DNA from: an uncultured Bacteroidales bacterium
GTDB lineage: Bacteria > Bacteroidota > Bacteroidia > Bacteroidales > WCHB1-69
Assembly: GCA_937901455.1 (NCBI GenBank)
Contig: CALDIA010000054.1
Span: 69,224-133,223, forward strand
Reading direction: 5' to 3'
Length of the DNA stretch: 64,000 nucleotides
Positions within the stretch are counted from its first letter, which is position 1. Every line of letters starts with the position of its first letter. Below, one piece after another: positions 10,551 to 20,498 of the stretch. Both the position numbers and the translations under genes were made by a program. The notes beneath the pieces were generated by a model. It was given only the letters and a program-made list of their open reading frames with translations, ran no database searches and had not been told where the DNA came from.

Positions 10551-12443
10551 CTATACTTTCTCGCTCAGTTCCAACCAGCGCATGGATTTTTCATTTAGCA
10601 GGGGTTCAATTTCTGCATAGCGTTTTCCCCAGTAGGCAAAATCTCCGGCACTGCCCTCTCCGGCACTCATCTTCGCTTCTATTTGCGTTTTTTCTTGTTC
10701 TAAGGCAGTGATTTCAGCCTCCAAAGCCTCCAACTCCTTTTTTTCTCTAAAGGTAAGTTTGTTCTTGTCGGCCGGACGGTTGGGCTTGGGGCGCGCCTCC
10801 GGTTCACGCTGAGCCTTCTCTATCCGTTTTTGGAGGCGCATAGCTTTGTCTTTAGCCGCCCGGTACTCCGTATAATTGCCATAGTAGTCTTTGATGTTTC
10901 CATTTCCCTCAAACACAAAGATGTGGTCCACCAGCTTGTTCATCAACCACCGGTCGTGGGAGACGATAATCATGCATCCTTCGAAATTGGTGAGAAAGTC
11001 TTCCAGCAAGTTCAACGTGTCGATGTCGAAGTCATTGGTGGGCTCGTCAAGAATAAGGAAATTTGGATTTTTTAACAGCGTAATGAGGAGGTGGAGCTTG
11101 CGACGTTCACCACCGCTAAGGTCTTCATAGTAAGTGTATTGTTGTTTAAAGGGGAAGCCAAAATGGTTCAGAAACTGGGCAGCGCTGATATAGTTGCCAT
11201 TGTTCATGCGGATGACCTCTGCGTGTTCTTTGACTAATTCCAGCACGATTTTGTTGCCAGGGTAGGTGAAATCGTTTTGAGAGAAATAGCCGAATTGGAT
11301 AGTGAGTCCGGGGGTGATTTTGCCACCATCGGGTTTCACCTCGCCCATGATCATCTTGAGGAAGGTGCTTTTGCCAGTGCCGTTTTTGCCCACAATGCCG
11401 CACTTTTCCCCTCTTTTGAAGATGTAGGAGAAGTCCTTGATGATGGTTTGGTCGGGGTAGGCGAAGTCAAGATGGCTGATTTCAAGGATTTTGTGCCCGA
11501 TTCGTTCCGACTGCACCTTGAAGGCTTCCGGGGCTGCCTCCACTTTTCGGTTCATCTGTTCCTGTAGTTTCTCGAAGTTGTTGATGCGGGCACGAGCCTT
11601 GGTGGTGCGGGCCTGCGGTGAGGTGTGTACCCATTCCAGTTCACGCCGGTACAGGTTTCTCAAACGCTCATATTCGGCCGACTCGTTGGCGAGCCGCTCG
11701 GCCTTCTTCTCCACGTAATAATCGTATTTGCCCTTATAGTGATAAAGGTTGCCGTTGCTCAGTTCGAAGATGTCGCTGCACACATTGTCCAAGAAGGAGC
11801 GGTCGTGCGTAACCATCAGAAGGGTGATATTGGCGGAGGAAAGGTAGCCCTCCAGCCACTCAATCATCTCCACGTCCAGATGGTTGGTGGGCTCGTCAAG
11901 GATGAGCAGGTCCGTATCGGCGATCAGGGTCTTGGCCAAGGCGGTTTTCTTGCGTTGTCCGCCAGACAACTCATGGACATTCTTGAAGATATTGTCAATG
12001 CCGAAACGGGAGAGGATCTCCTTGATTTTGGCTTCATAGTCCCACGCGTTGAGGCGGTCCATTTCGAGGACGGCGTGATCCATGCGCGGTTGTGGCACGC
12101 GGTCGTGAAGGCCCTGCTCCAGCAGCGTCACACAAGTCTCATACTCCTTAACGACCTGCACAATCGGGGTGTCCTCGTTGAAAAGGTTTTCTATCACAGA
12201 GTCATTTTCGTTGAAGTTGTCCATTTGGGGCAGGTAGGAGACGGTGATGTCATTGCGGATCACCACGGAGCCTGAGTCGGGCGTGTCGCGACCGGTGAGG
12301 ATATTGAGCAAGGTGCTCTTGCCTGTGCCGTTGCGCGCAATCAAAGCACTCTTCTGTCCTTTTTCCAGCCCGAAGGTGATGTTTTGGAACAGGAGCTTCT
12401 CTCCAACAGTTTTGGATATGTTGTTAGCGGTGAGATAGTTCAT
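10551..12443 (-). CDS. ABC-F family ATPase (two ABC domains, no transmembrane domain)
   Basis: Walker A motifs are ARNGTGKSTLLN and GKNGTGKSTFLK. Signature motifs are LSGGQRKK and LSGGERRK. It has a charged coiled C-terminal tail. Confidence 0.92.
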   Translation of the reverse strand: MNYLTANNISKTVGEKLLFQNITFGLEKGQKSALIARNGTGKSTLLNILTGRDTPDSGSVVIRNDITVSYLPQMDNFNENDSVIENLFNEDTPIVQVVKEYETCVTLLEQGLHDRVPQPRMDHAVLEMDRLNAWDYEAKIKEILSRFGIDNIFKNVHELSGGQRKKTALAKTLIADTDLLILDEPTNHLDVEMIEWLEGYLSSANITLLMVTHDRSFLDNVCSDIFELSNGNLYHYKGKYDYYVEKKAERLANESAEYERLRNLYRRELEWVHTSPQARTTKARARINNFEKLQEQMNRKVEAAPEAFKVQSERIGHKILEISHLDFAYPDQTIIKDFSYIFKRGEKCGIVGKNGTGKSTFLKMIMGEVKPDGGKITPGLTIQFGYFSQNDFTYPGNKIVLELVKEHAEVIRMNNGNYISAAQFLNHFGFPFKQQYTYYEDLSGGERRKLHLLITLLKNPNFLILDEPTNDFDIDTLNLLEDFLTNFEGCMIIVSHDRWLMNKLVDHIFVFEGNGNIKDYYGNYTEYRAAKDKAMRLQKRIEKAQREPEARPKPNRPADKNKLTFREKKELEALEAEITALEQEKTQIEAKMSAGEGSAGDFAYWGKRYAEIEPLLNEKSMRWLELSEKV

Positions 12444-12445
12444 TT

Positions 12446-12483
12446 TAGCCTTTGGCTATTGGCCAATAGCTCATAGCCAATAG
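12446..12483. promoter_or_regulatory. Cluster of overlapping dyad symmetries in the ridA/ABC-F spacer
   Basis: There is a perfect 16-bp palindrome GCTATTGGCCAATAGC (12455-12470). A third half-site AGCCAATAG lies at 12475-12483. TAGCC-TTT-GGCTA (12446-12458) abuts the ABC-F start codon. Confidence 0.5.
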
Positions 12484-12497
12484 TTTACTATCCATAT

Positions 12498-12872
12498 TTA
12501 TTTTACGGCAATGACTTCGATTTCGACCATCACGCCTTTGGGGAGGTCGCGCACGGCGAAGGCGGCGCGGGCGGGCGGGTTGGAGGGGAAGCGGGTGGCA
12601 TAGACCTCGTTCATGGCACCGAAGTTGGCAATGTCGCTGAGCAGACAGGTGGTCTTCACCACGTTGTCAAAGGTGTAGCCTGCTTCACTCAGAATAGCTT
12701 CGATATTTTTCATCACTTGTTCCGTCTGGGCAGTGATGCCCTCCGGGATTTCGCCAGTAGCGGGGTTGACGGGTATTTGACCGGAGATGAATAACATACC
12801 ATTGGCTTCGATAGCCTGGCTGTAGGGACCGATGGCGGCGGGAGCGTTGTTGGTGTGGATCACTTTTTTCAT
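12498..12872 (-). CDS. ridA: RidA/YjgF family reactive-intermediate deaminase
   Basis: GPYSQAIEANGMLFISGQIP is present. At 124 aa the length is typical of the family. Confidence 0.92.
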   Translation of the reverse strand: MKKVIHTNNAPAAIGPYSQAIEANGMLFISGQIPVNPATGEIPEGITAQTEQVMKNIEAILSEAGYTFDNVVKTTCLLSDIANFGAMNEVYATRFPSNPPARAAFAVRDLPKGVMVEIEVIAVK

Positions 12873-12934
12873 AGAAATTTTTTTTAAAGGATTTTAAGAT
12901 AGTAAAACCAGGGCCAAGACCCTGAATTGAGCGG

Positions 12935-12942
12935 CAAAGATA
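12935..12942 (-). promoter_or_regulatory. -7 box TATCTTTG for ridA (and probably the ABC-F gene)
   Basis: On the coding strand the sequence reads TTTTTCCTATCTTTGCCGC, ~60 nt upstream of the ridA ATG. Confidence 0.55.
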
Positions 12943-13106
12943 GGAAAAATGTTGAAATGTGGATGTGGAGAAAAGAGTTAAGAAATTAGGGGTGGCGACA
13001 GTTCAACGTCCATAGTCCAAGGTTCAAAAGTTAAAAAGGAATTACGGTGTCGTGGTCCCATTGTCGCTATTCCTTACCCACCCTCAACCAACTATTATCT
13101 CTCCTT

Positions 13107-15626
13107 TCACGCGTCCACATTAATCACGCACCGTACCTGCTTGTAGGCTTTCTCCTGACGGAAGTCTTGAATTACTGCTTGAAGTTGTTGTTTATACTGT
13201 GCCAACAACTTGTCTTTGGGAAACTTAATCCAGAAGTCTTGGATAAAATAATTTTGGATGCGGGCCACCAACGGATATTCAGGTCCCAGCACCCGTTTTG
13301 GGAAAGCGGCCCTCAACATCCCGGCCAGATGAGCGGCAGCGGCTGTCACTACCTGGTCATCGGTATGCTTCAACGATAGTTTGATGATGCGCACCACCGG
13401 CGGAAAAAGAAATTCCCGCCGTTCTTGAATCTGACTCCGGTACATGGCCTGAAAGTCGTTGGTCTCCACATACCGCAGGGCTGGATGTTTGGGCTGATAG
13501 GTCTGGATGATGACTTTCCCATCAAGACCTTTCCTGCCGGCTCGACCGCTGACCTGCGACAGCAGCTGGAAAGCTCGCTCGAAAGCGCGGAAGTCGGGAA
13601 ACGACAACAAGGCGTCCGCATTGAGGATACCCACCACACTGACTCGGTCAAAGTCCAGTCCTTTGGTGACCATCTGGGTGCCCACCAAGATGTCGGTTTT
13701 ATGCTGTTCAAAGTCGGTGATGATCCGTTGATAGGCATTTTTGGAGCGGGTGGTGTCGAGGTCCATACGGGCCACCCGAGCTTCGGGGAACAGTTCTGTT
13801 AAAACCTCCTCAATCTTCTCTGTGCCAAATCCTTTCATGGAGATGTCGGTGCTGTGGCATGTGGGGCACGTTTGAGGTACCTCTATGGCATAACCGCAAT
13901 AGTGACATTTGAGCAGGTTGGTGGCCTTATGGTACGTCAGGGTGACATCACAATATTTGCAGGTCGGCATCGTCTCGCACGTATGGCAGATCATGCGCAC
14001 CGCATATCCCCGCCGGTTTTGGAAGAGGATAATCTGCTCTTTCTTGGCCAATGCCTCGTCTATCTTCTCGATTAAAAAATCGGAAAAGACCCCGTGTACC
14101 TTGTGCTGTTTATGCGCTTCCGACATATTCACTGTCCAGATGTCGGGCAGGCGGCTGTCGGCAAAACGCTGCATCAGGTTGACCAGGCCATATTTGCCTT
14201 GTTCTACATTATAATAGCTTTCCAAAGAGGGGGTGGCAGTTCCAAGCAGCACCTGGGCGTTGTGGATATGGCCCAGCATGATGGCACTGTCGCGGGCATG
14301 ATAACGCGGGGCTGGGTCCTGCTGCTTGTAGGAAGCATCGTGCTCCTCGTCCACAATGATGAGCCCGAGGTTCTGGTAGGGCAGCAGCAACGCCGAGCGG
14401 GCCCCAAGGATGAGCTGATACATGGATTTGCCAGTCGTCAGCTCCTGTTCTAATACCCGCGACCAGATCTCCACCCGCTCATACTCGCTGAAACGAGAAT
14501 GGTAAATACCTACTTTCTCCCCGAAATATTTCCTCAATCTATTGACAATCTGCGAAGTAAGTGCGATCTCAGGCAATAGATAGAGCACTTGTTTGCCCTG
14601 TTGCAAAACCTCATCAATCAGTTTGATGTAGATTTCCGTCTTGCCACTGCCGGTCACTCCGTGTAGCAAGGTGACGGGATGTTGGGCAAATTGTTCATGA
14701 ATGGATTCAAAGGCTTGTTGTTGAGCAGGGGAAAGTAAAATATTGGCTGGTATATCGCGCGAGTTTTCGTCTGTCAATCGAGAAATGGTTCTCTCTTCGG
14801 CCACCAAATAACCCTTTTTAATAAGCGTTTGCCAGCGGGCGGGAGAAACGGCTTCCACTTTCAGCAGTTGTGATTTGGAAATAACCTTTTTGAAATCGTA
14901 TTGGTTCCCTTCTCTGGTTTGCATCATGAAAGCCAACAAAGCATCAGACTGGGGTGCCGTGCGAGTTGAACTGCCGAGCTCATCCAGCAAGGCCATAAAA
15001 GATTTTTCCGACGAATAGGCGTCTGACAAACGAATATAGGTCTCTTTTTTGGGAATATAGGGGTTTCGTATTTCCTCATCGGTTAGGATGACCTTTTTGT
15101 CCACCAACGACTTGATGATAGACATAATCTTTTGGACCTGTACCAGTTTGGCCACCTCGTCCACCGTCATGGTTTCGCGGTGGGCCAACGCCTCCACAAT
15201 TTGCAGTTCATAGGGGTTGAGGATGGAAAGGTCGCCATTGTAGTCGGCGCGGAGCTTGATTTTGGTCTCGCTGGCCAACTTCAAGGCGGAGGGCAGCGCA
15301 CAAGCCATCACTTCGCCAAGGGTGCATAGGTAATAGTCGGCAATCCATTGCCAAAGGGCATACTGTTTTTCGGAGATGACAGGACGTGCATCCACCACGT
15401 CGAGCACATATTTGGCCACGGCCTGTGGCGGGTCAGTATGCACCCGCACAATCAGCGCGGCATAGAGTTTGCCGCGCCCAAAAGGCACAATTACCCGTTT
15501 GCCAAAAGCCATCATCGGCTCCATCTCCAATGGCACACGATAGGTGAACAACGCCGCTACCGGCAAAGGCAACAGCACATCTACAAAATAGGTCATCTTC
15601 ATTGAACTCTCCATCAGCACCTCCAC
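13107..15626 (-). CDS. priA: Primosomal protein N' (replication restart helicase PriA)
   Basis: Walker A is GVTGSGKTE and the DEAH-like box is VDEEHD. The Cys4-type zinc region is CHTCE..CKYCD..CHYCGY..CPTC. The true start may be an internal Met (e.g. MKMTYF.. at 15602). Confidence 0.93.
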   Translation of the reverse strand: MEVLMESSMKMTYFVDVLLPLPVAALFTYRVPLEMEPMMAFGKRVIVPFGRGKLYAALIVRVHTDPPQAVAKYVLDVVDARPVISEKQYALWQWIADYYLCTLGEVMACALPSALKLASETKIKLRADYNGDLSILNPYELQIVEALAHRETMTVDEVAKLVQVQKIMSIIKSLVDKKVILTDEEIRNPYIPKKETYIRLSDAYSSEKSFMALLDELGSSTRTAPQSDALLAFMMQTREGNQYDFKKVISKSQLLKVEAVSPARWQTLIKKGYLVAEERTISRLTDENSRDIPANILLSPAQQQAFESIHEQFAQHPVTLLHGVTGSGKTEIYIKLIDEVLQQGKQVLYLLPEIALTSQIVNRLRKYFGEKVGIYHSRFSEYERVEIWSRVLEQELTTGKSMYQLILGARSALLLPYQNLGLIIVDEEHDASYKQQDPAPRYHARDSAIMLGHIHNAQVLLGTATPSLESYYNVEQGKYGLVNLMQRFADSRLPDIWTVNMSEAHKQHKVHGVFSDFLIEKIDEALAKKEQIILFQNRRGYAVRMICHTCETMPTCKYCDVTLTYHKATNLLKCHYCGYAIEVPQTCPTCHSTDISMKGFGTEKIEEVLTELFPEARVARMDLDTTRSKNAYQRIITDFEQHKTDILVGTQMVTKGLDFDRVSVVGILNADALLSFPDFRAFERAFQLLSQVSGRAGRKGLDGKVIIQTYQPKHPALRYVETNDFQAMYRSQIQERREFLFPPVVRIIKLSLKHTDDQVVTAAAAHLAGMLRAAFPKRVLGPEYPLVARIQNYFIQDFWIKFPKDKLLAQYKQQLQAVIQDFRQEKAYKQVRCVINVDA

Positions 15627-15629
15627 CCT

Positions 15630-16760
15630 TTAATAGGTTGCCGGCAGAATGGTGTTGTCCAACACCTGCAAAAACTGCACATTCACATTCTCATATCCTC
15701 CATCAGGAAGTTTGTCAAAGGAGAAATAATACGACAATGGCGTAACCTTGACCTGATCATGATCCATGTCATGACGAATCAGCTCCACGAAGTAACGAAC
15801 CACATCATAACCTTGAAAAGCAAAATTTTTCAAGGTTGGCGGCGTATTGAACTGCTGGGTGTACTTGTAAATGAACAGTTGGGTTTTCTGATCCTCAAAG
15901 TCAACATAATAGTCGGAAAAGAAATGCAGGTTCAGCTTGTTATAATATTCCACATCATACGTGTTAGAGGTAATCCATTTCTCTGGCACCACCATCAGAA
16001 GGTGTTCGGGATCCACGGCCTTGCCGGAGTATAACAACTTTTGGGACAACGTCAGACTCAAAGCCTCTCCTTGGTTTAAAACCACCAACACATTATGGGT
16101 ATCTGAACGCAAAGCACTGAGCACGCCCTGAAGAGAATTGGCCGTATGATAGGGGATGTGGTGATTGTTGAAGTAGGAGAGATAGGTTTGATATTCCACA
16201 TTTTTCTTGGAAGAATCGGTATAGAGGATAATCTGATAGCGGGGCATATTATCCACCATAAAGGATAGCGTGGCGGGATTGGCTTCGTTGGCGGGAGTTA
16301 GTTTATAGACATACTCGTTATGGTCCAAAATGTCATTCCGGGAGGTGAAGGGATTTACAATGGGAATCTGATAGGTTTTCGCATATTGGGCTGCAATTTG
16401 GAAAGGTTTGCTGAAAAGGGGGGCAATGATCAGATCCACCTGGCTCATTAGCTCTCGGTCTTCCATAATACGCTGTAATTTCGTCTCATTGTCGGTAATA
16501 TCACGCACAATGATATTGAGGGGAACATTTTGTTCCTCATATTCTTGCAGGGCGATTTGGGCGCCTCCCCAGAATCCCATCATCTGGAAAGAGGGAATGT
16601 TGTTCAACTCCTTGCCGCTTTTGGCAGCATTGACAGCTCTCTCGTCATAGCTGGAAACATAAAAAGGCATTAGAAACAGCACGGTCTTGGCCGATTGTGC
16701 CCACACCTGGGCCATCAGACAAAAGCATATAAACCAAACTATGCCTACTTTTTTACTCAT
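15630..16760 (-). CDS. Type-1 periplasmic-binding-fold (LivK-like) secreted protein
   Basis: I trimmed the start to MSKKVGIVWFICFCLMAQVWAQ because a -7 box lies inside the track ORF 5' end. Overall it resembles the Peripla_BP_6 family. There is a 3-nt gap to priA. Confidence 0.5.
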   Translation of the reverse strand: MSKKVGIVWFICFCLMAQVWAQSAKTVLFLMPFYVSSYDERAVNAAKSGKELNNIPSFQMMGFWGGAQIALQEYEEQNVPLNIIVRDITDNETKLQRIMEDRELMSQVDLIIAPLFSKPFQIAAQYAKTYQIPIVNPFTSRNDILDHNEYVYKLTPANEANPATLSFMVDNMPRYQIILYTDSSKKNVEYQTYLSYFNNHHIPYHTANSLQGVLSALRSDTHNVLVVLNQGEALSLTLSQKLLYSGKAVDPEHLLMVVPEKWITSNTYDVEYYNKLNLHFFSDYYVDFEDQKTQLFIYKYTQQFNTPPTLKNFAFQGYDVVRYFVELIRHDMDHDQVKVTPLSYYFSFDKLPDGGYENVNVQFLQVLDNTILPATY

Positions 16761-16786
16761 CGTTTTACGAATTGTCATCAAGGCAG

Positions 16787-16794
16787 CAAAAATA
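16787..16794 (-). promoter_or_regulatory. -7 box TATTTTTG for the binding-protein/priA unit
   Basis: The reverse complement of caaaaata lies 27 nt upstream of the ATG at 16760. Confidence 0.5.
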
Positions 16795-17106
16795 ATCATT
16801 TCTTAGATACTGCAATACGCCGTAGAAAAAAAACTGTTGGTGTCCGCTAAAAGTTCCGCGCATGCACGAGGGCATGACAAAAACAGGGCTGATTCTCACT
16901 TAAGGTCAGCCATAGTTGTTTACTTTTTGCACTTTGTAAACATCAAAAGTAAAACAATGGGCAAAAGAACACTTTTTGGCGGACAGCCGAAGCGGCAGGG
17001 GACAGGACACCGTAGTTTCTTATTGGAACTTGAACGTTGACTGTGAACTATCGCCCCCCCTCTTTTCTTAACTCATTTCACCGCATTCACATTTCAACAT
17101 TTTGTG

Positions 17107-17114
17107 TACCTTTG
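17107..17114 (+). promoter_or_regulatory. -7 box TACCTTTG for yggS-polA
   Basis: It lies 32 nt upstream of the ATG at 17146 and inside the track ORF that starts at GTG 17104. Confidence 0.5.
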
Positions 17115-17145
17115 CGCGTTTTATTGTTTCGGTATCATTATTATC

Positions 17146-17817
17146 ATGAACATAGAAAAGTATCATCAGATTCTGAGCCAGTTACCCGACAGCACCCGAC
17201 TGATTGCCGTTTCCAAAACCAAACCTGTGGAGGATATCCAAAGGTTGTATGACGAGGGTCAGCGGCTGTTCGGAGAGAACAAGGCCCAAGAAATGAAGGC
17301 CAAACACGAGGTGCTGCCCCAGGATATCCAGTGGCACTTCATCGGTCATCTGCAGACCAACAAAATCAAATATATCGCTCCCTATGTGGCTATGATTCAT
17401 AGCATTGATAGTGAATCTTTATTGGTGGAAGTCAATAAGTTGGCGGCCAAAAACCAGCGCGTGATTCCCTGCCTGCTCCAATTCCATATCGCACAGGAAA
17501 CCACCAAGTTCGGCTTTACCCTGGAGGAATGCCGCGAAATGCTCCAAGGCGAGGTCTTCCCCACTTTGCACAACGTGAAGATTTGCGGCGTTATGGGTAT
17601 GGCTACCTTCACCGATGACATGGAGCAAGTGCGTCAGGAATTTTGCCACCTGCACGATATCTTCCAAACACTGAAGACAGATTTTTTTGCAGATCATGAG
17701 GAGTTCAAAGAAATCTCCATGGGCATGACCGATGACTACTCCATTGCCATCGAAGAGGGAAGTACCCTCATTCGTGTGGGGAGCGCCATTTTTGGAGCCA
17801 GAAATTATAATTTGTAA
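17146..17817 (+). CDS. yggS: YggS-family pyridoxal-phosphate homeostasis protein
   Basis: The PLP lysine context is LIAVSKTKP. The alanine-racemase N-terminal-like fold signature ..MGMTDDY..GST.IRVGSAIFG is present. Confidence 0.9.
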   Translation: MNIEKYHQILSQLPDSTRLIAVSKTKPVEDIQRLYDEGQRLFGENKAQEMKAKHEVLPQDIQWHFIGHLQTNKIKYIAPYVAMIHSIDSESLLVEVNKLAAKNQRVIPCLLQFHIAQETTKFGFTLEECREMLQGEVFPTLHNVKICGVMGMATFTDDMEQVRQEFCHLHDIFQTLKTDFFADHEEFKEISMGMTDDYSIAIEEGSTLIRVGSAIFGARNYNL

Positions 17818-17831
17818 AAATCAATGTTACC

Positions 17832-20495
17832 ATGACCAAAAAGCTGTATTTGATCGATGCCATGGGCCTGATCTTCAGGGCCTATTATGCCATGATGAAG
17901 AGTCCCCGCTATACAACCAAAGGTCTAAACACCTCTGCCATATTGGGTTTTACCAATTCGTTGTACGAGATCATCAAGAAGGAGAAGCCCACCCACATGG
18001 CTGTGGCCTTTGATACGGGTGCACCCACCTTCCGCCATGCCGAGTTTGAGAACTATAAGGCTAACAGGGAGGCCACACCCGATGATATTGTTCTGTCGAT
18101 ACCCTATATTAAGAAAATTTTAGAGGCATTTCGCATAGCAGTGATTGCCAAAGATGGCTACGAGGCAGACGATGTGATTGGTAGCCTGGCTAAACATGCC
18201 GAAATCGAAGGCTTTGAGGTGTATATGGTAACGTCTGATAAAGATTATGGGCAGCTGGTGTCGGAGCATATCCATATCTATAAGCCTGGCAAATTCGGGC
18301 AAGAGGCTGAAATTCTGGGCGTGGCTGAAGTGTGTGAAAAATATAAAATTGAGCGTCCTGAGCAACTTATTGATATTCTGGGATTGTGGGGCGACAGTTC
18401 CGACAATATTCCAGGAGTTCCAGGAATTGGACAGATAAAAGCCCAAAAACTACTCGCCACCTACCACTCAATAGAGGAGATGTACGCCTGCGGTGCCGAC
18501 AAGGAGACTGAGAAAATGCGCACCCAATTGCTGGAGTATAAGGAGCAAGCCCTGCTTTCCAAACAATTGGCCACCATTATGCTGGATGTGCCTATTGATT
18601 ACCATTTTGATGAGATGCGGTTGTTGGGACCGGATATTCCTGCGCTAAAAGAGGTTTTCGCTGAATTGGAGTTTAAAGCGTTGACCCAACGGGTGATGAA
18701 AGATTTCCAGCCCGCAGGGGACAATGACGCTTTTGACCTCTTCTCTACGCAAGAGGATGATGTGCTTAAGGATGTAAAGCCTTGTGCCTTGATAGACTGT
18801 AAGGTGCAGGTGTTTAGCGTGGAGGACGTGCCCGACACGCTTTTTGCACAACCTATGGTTTGCTTTGATTGGATTCTACAAGAACAGCGCATCGCCGGCT
18901 TCTCTTTTGCCACGGATATGTCCACAGTGTATTACCATTTGGTAGAGGTGGAACATAGAAATTACCAATCGTTACTGGACAAACTTTTTAGTCAATCGCG
19001 CGAGGTGGTGGTTTTTGACTACAAGCAGACCTATAAATATTTGAAGATTTTGAAAGTCAGTCCGACCGCCAAGGTTTTTGATTTGCAGATCGCCCACTAT
19101 TTAATCCAACCAGAAAGCAAGCATACGGTGGAAATGATGGTAGATCAGTTTTTGGAGGCATCGTTGCCGTCCGCTGGGGAGTTGGCCAGCGAAAAAGCCA
19201 GGGGCATGGTGAGTGCCTACGTACAGCTCCATCCCCTTTTACGGCAGGCAATGCGTGAAGGCGCGCTGGAAAAGCTCTTTGACGAGGTGGAAATGCCCTT
19301 GGTGCCTGTGTTGGCCAATATGGAAATGGCAGGGGTGCGCTTGGATGTGCCCACCCTGCAACAAAATGCCGCCGCGATGCAGCAAGAGCTCGAAGATCTG
19401 GAGCAGCAGATTTATGCTGCCGCAGGGACAACCTTCAACATCGGGTCGCCGAAACAGCTCGGGGAGGTGCTCTTTGAGAAACTTCGCTTGGTGGAGAATG
19501 CCAAGTTGACCAAGAGCAAGCAATATCAGACCGGTGAGGAGGTGCTGCTCAAGCTGGCACCCAAACACCCTATTGTCCCGATGATTCTTGAATGGCGCAA
19601 GCTTTCAAAGTTAAAGAGCACCTATATAGATGCCCTGCCCGCCCTGATCAATCCCAAGGACGGGCGTATTCATACCACATTCACGCAGACAATCACCGCT
19701 ACCGGTCGCCTAAGCTCCGTGAATCCTAACCTGCAGAATATTCCTATCCGTACGGAACGGGGACGCGATATACGCAAGGCTTTTGTTGCTGCCGATGATG
19801 ACCATGTGCTGCTGGCCGCCGACTATTCGCAGATAGAGTTGCGCATTGTGGCGCACGTGTGCGGCGACGAGCGGATGATAGAGACTTTTCGGAAGCACGA
19901 GGATATCCATGCAGCCATGGCGGCGCATATCTATAATGTGCCCCAAGAGGAGGTGACCAAGGATATGCGCCGCAAAGCCAAGACGGTCAACTTTGGTATT
20001 CTCTATGGCATCTCTGCCTTCGGTCTCGCCGACAGGCTGCAGATACCTCAGCATGAAGCACGCCAGCTGATCAGCGACTATTTCCTAAGTTTTCCTAAAA
20101 TCAACGATTATCTGAACAAGACCCTAATCTTCGCCCGTGAACACCTCTATGTGGAAACACTTCTGGGCCGCCGCCGCTATATACGCGACATCAACGCCCA
20201 CAACGCCATTTTGAGGAAATCGGCAGAGCGCAATGCCATCAATGCCCCGATACAAGGCACCGCTGCCGATCTCATCAAAATAGCCATGATACGGATCCAA
20301 CAGGCAATTTCCGAACAAGGTCTGCAAAGCCGCATGATTCTTCAAGTGCACGACGAATTGGTGTTCGACACCCCTAAAAAGGAGGTGGAAACACTACACC
20401 AAATCGTCAAATCAGAGATGATGAACGCCATGCAACTCTCCGTGCCCTTAGATGTGGATATCAACCAAGGCCACAGCTGGTTCGATGCCCATTGA
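17832..20495 (+). CDS. polA: DNA polymerase I
   Basis: The N-terminus is a 5'-nuclease domain. Polymerase motifs are A (DYSQIELR), B (KTVNFGILYG) and C (QVHDEL). Confidence 0.97.
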   Translation: MTKKLYLIDAMGLIFRAYYAMMKSPRYTTKGLNTSAILGFTNSLYEIIKKEKPTHMAVAFDTGAPTFRHAEFENYKANREATPDDIVLSIPYIKKILEAFRIAVIAKDGYEADDVIGSLAKHAEIEGFEVYMVTSDKDYGQLVSEHIHIYKPGKFGQEAEILGVAEVCEKYKIERPEQLIDILGLWGDSSDNIPGVPGIGQIKAQKLLATYHSIEEMYACGADKETEKMRTQLLEYKEQALLSKQLATIMLDVPIDYHFDEMRLLGPDIPALKEVFAELEFKALTQRVMKDFQPAGDNDAFDLFSTQEDDVLKDVKPCALIDCKVQVFSVEDVPDTLFAQPMVCFDWILQEQRIAGFSFATDMSTVYYHLVEVEHRNYQSLLDKLFSQSREVVVFDYKQTYKYLKILKVSPTAKVFDLQIAHYLIQPESKHTVEMMVDQFLEASLPSAGELASEKARGMVSAYVQLHPLLRQAMREGALEKLFDEVEMPLVPVLANMEMAGVRLDVPTLQQNAAAMQQELEDLEQQIYAAAGTTFNIGSPKQLGEVLFEKLRLVENAKLTKSKQYQTGEEVLLKLAPKHPIVPMILEWRKLSKLKSTYIDALPALINPKDGRIHTTFTQTITATGRLSSVNPNLQNIPIRTERGRDIRKAFVAADDDHVLLAADYSQIELRIVAHVCGDERMIETFRKHEDIHAAMAAHIYNVPQEEVTKDMRRKAKTVNFGILYGISAFGLADRLQIPQHEARQLISDYFLSFPKINDYLNKTLIFAREHLYVETLLGRRRYIRDINAHNAILRKSAERNAINAPIQGTAADLIKIAMIRIQQAISEQGLQSRMILQVHDELVFDTPKKEVETLHQIVKSEMMNAMQLSVPLDVDINQGHSWFDAH

Positions 20496-20498
20496 ATG

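Noticed and set aside
11625-12275. A 216-aa ORF antisense to the ABC-F gene.
   Set aside because: It has no motifs. The sense strand has two complete ABC cassettes.
16761-16799. Track ORF 5' extensions using TTG/GTG or upstream ATG starts (also at 36551-36568, 27762-27782, 63322-63390, 17104-17145, 59798-59854, 6811-6837).
   Set aside because: In most of these an exact -7 promoter box falls inside or right at the extension (for 6811-6837 the extension lies inside secA; for 59798-59854 it runs into the prmA 3' end). In all of them a downstream ATG gives a proper signal peptide or family-typical N-terminus.
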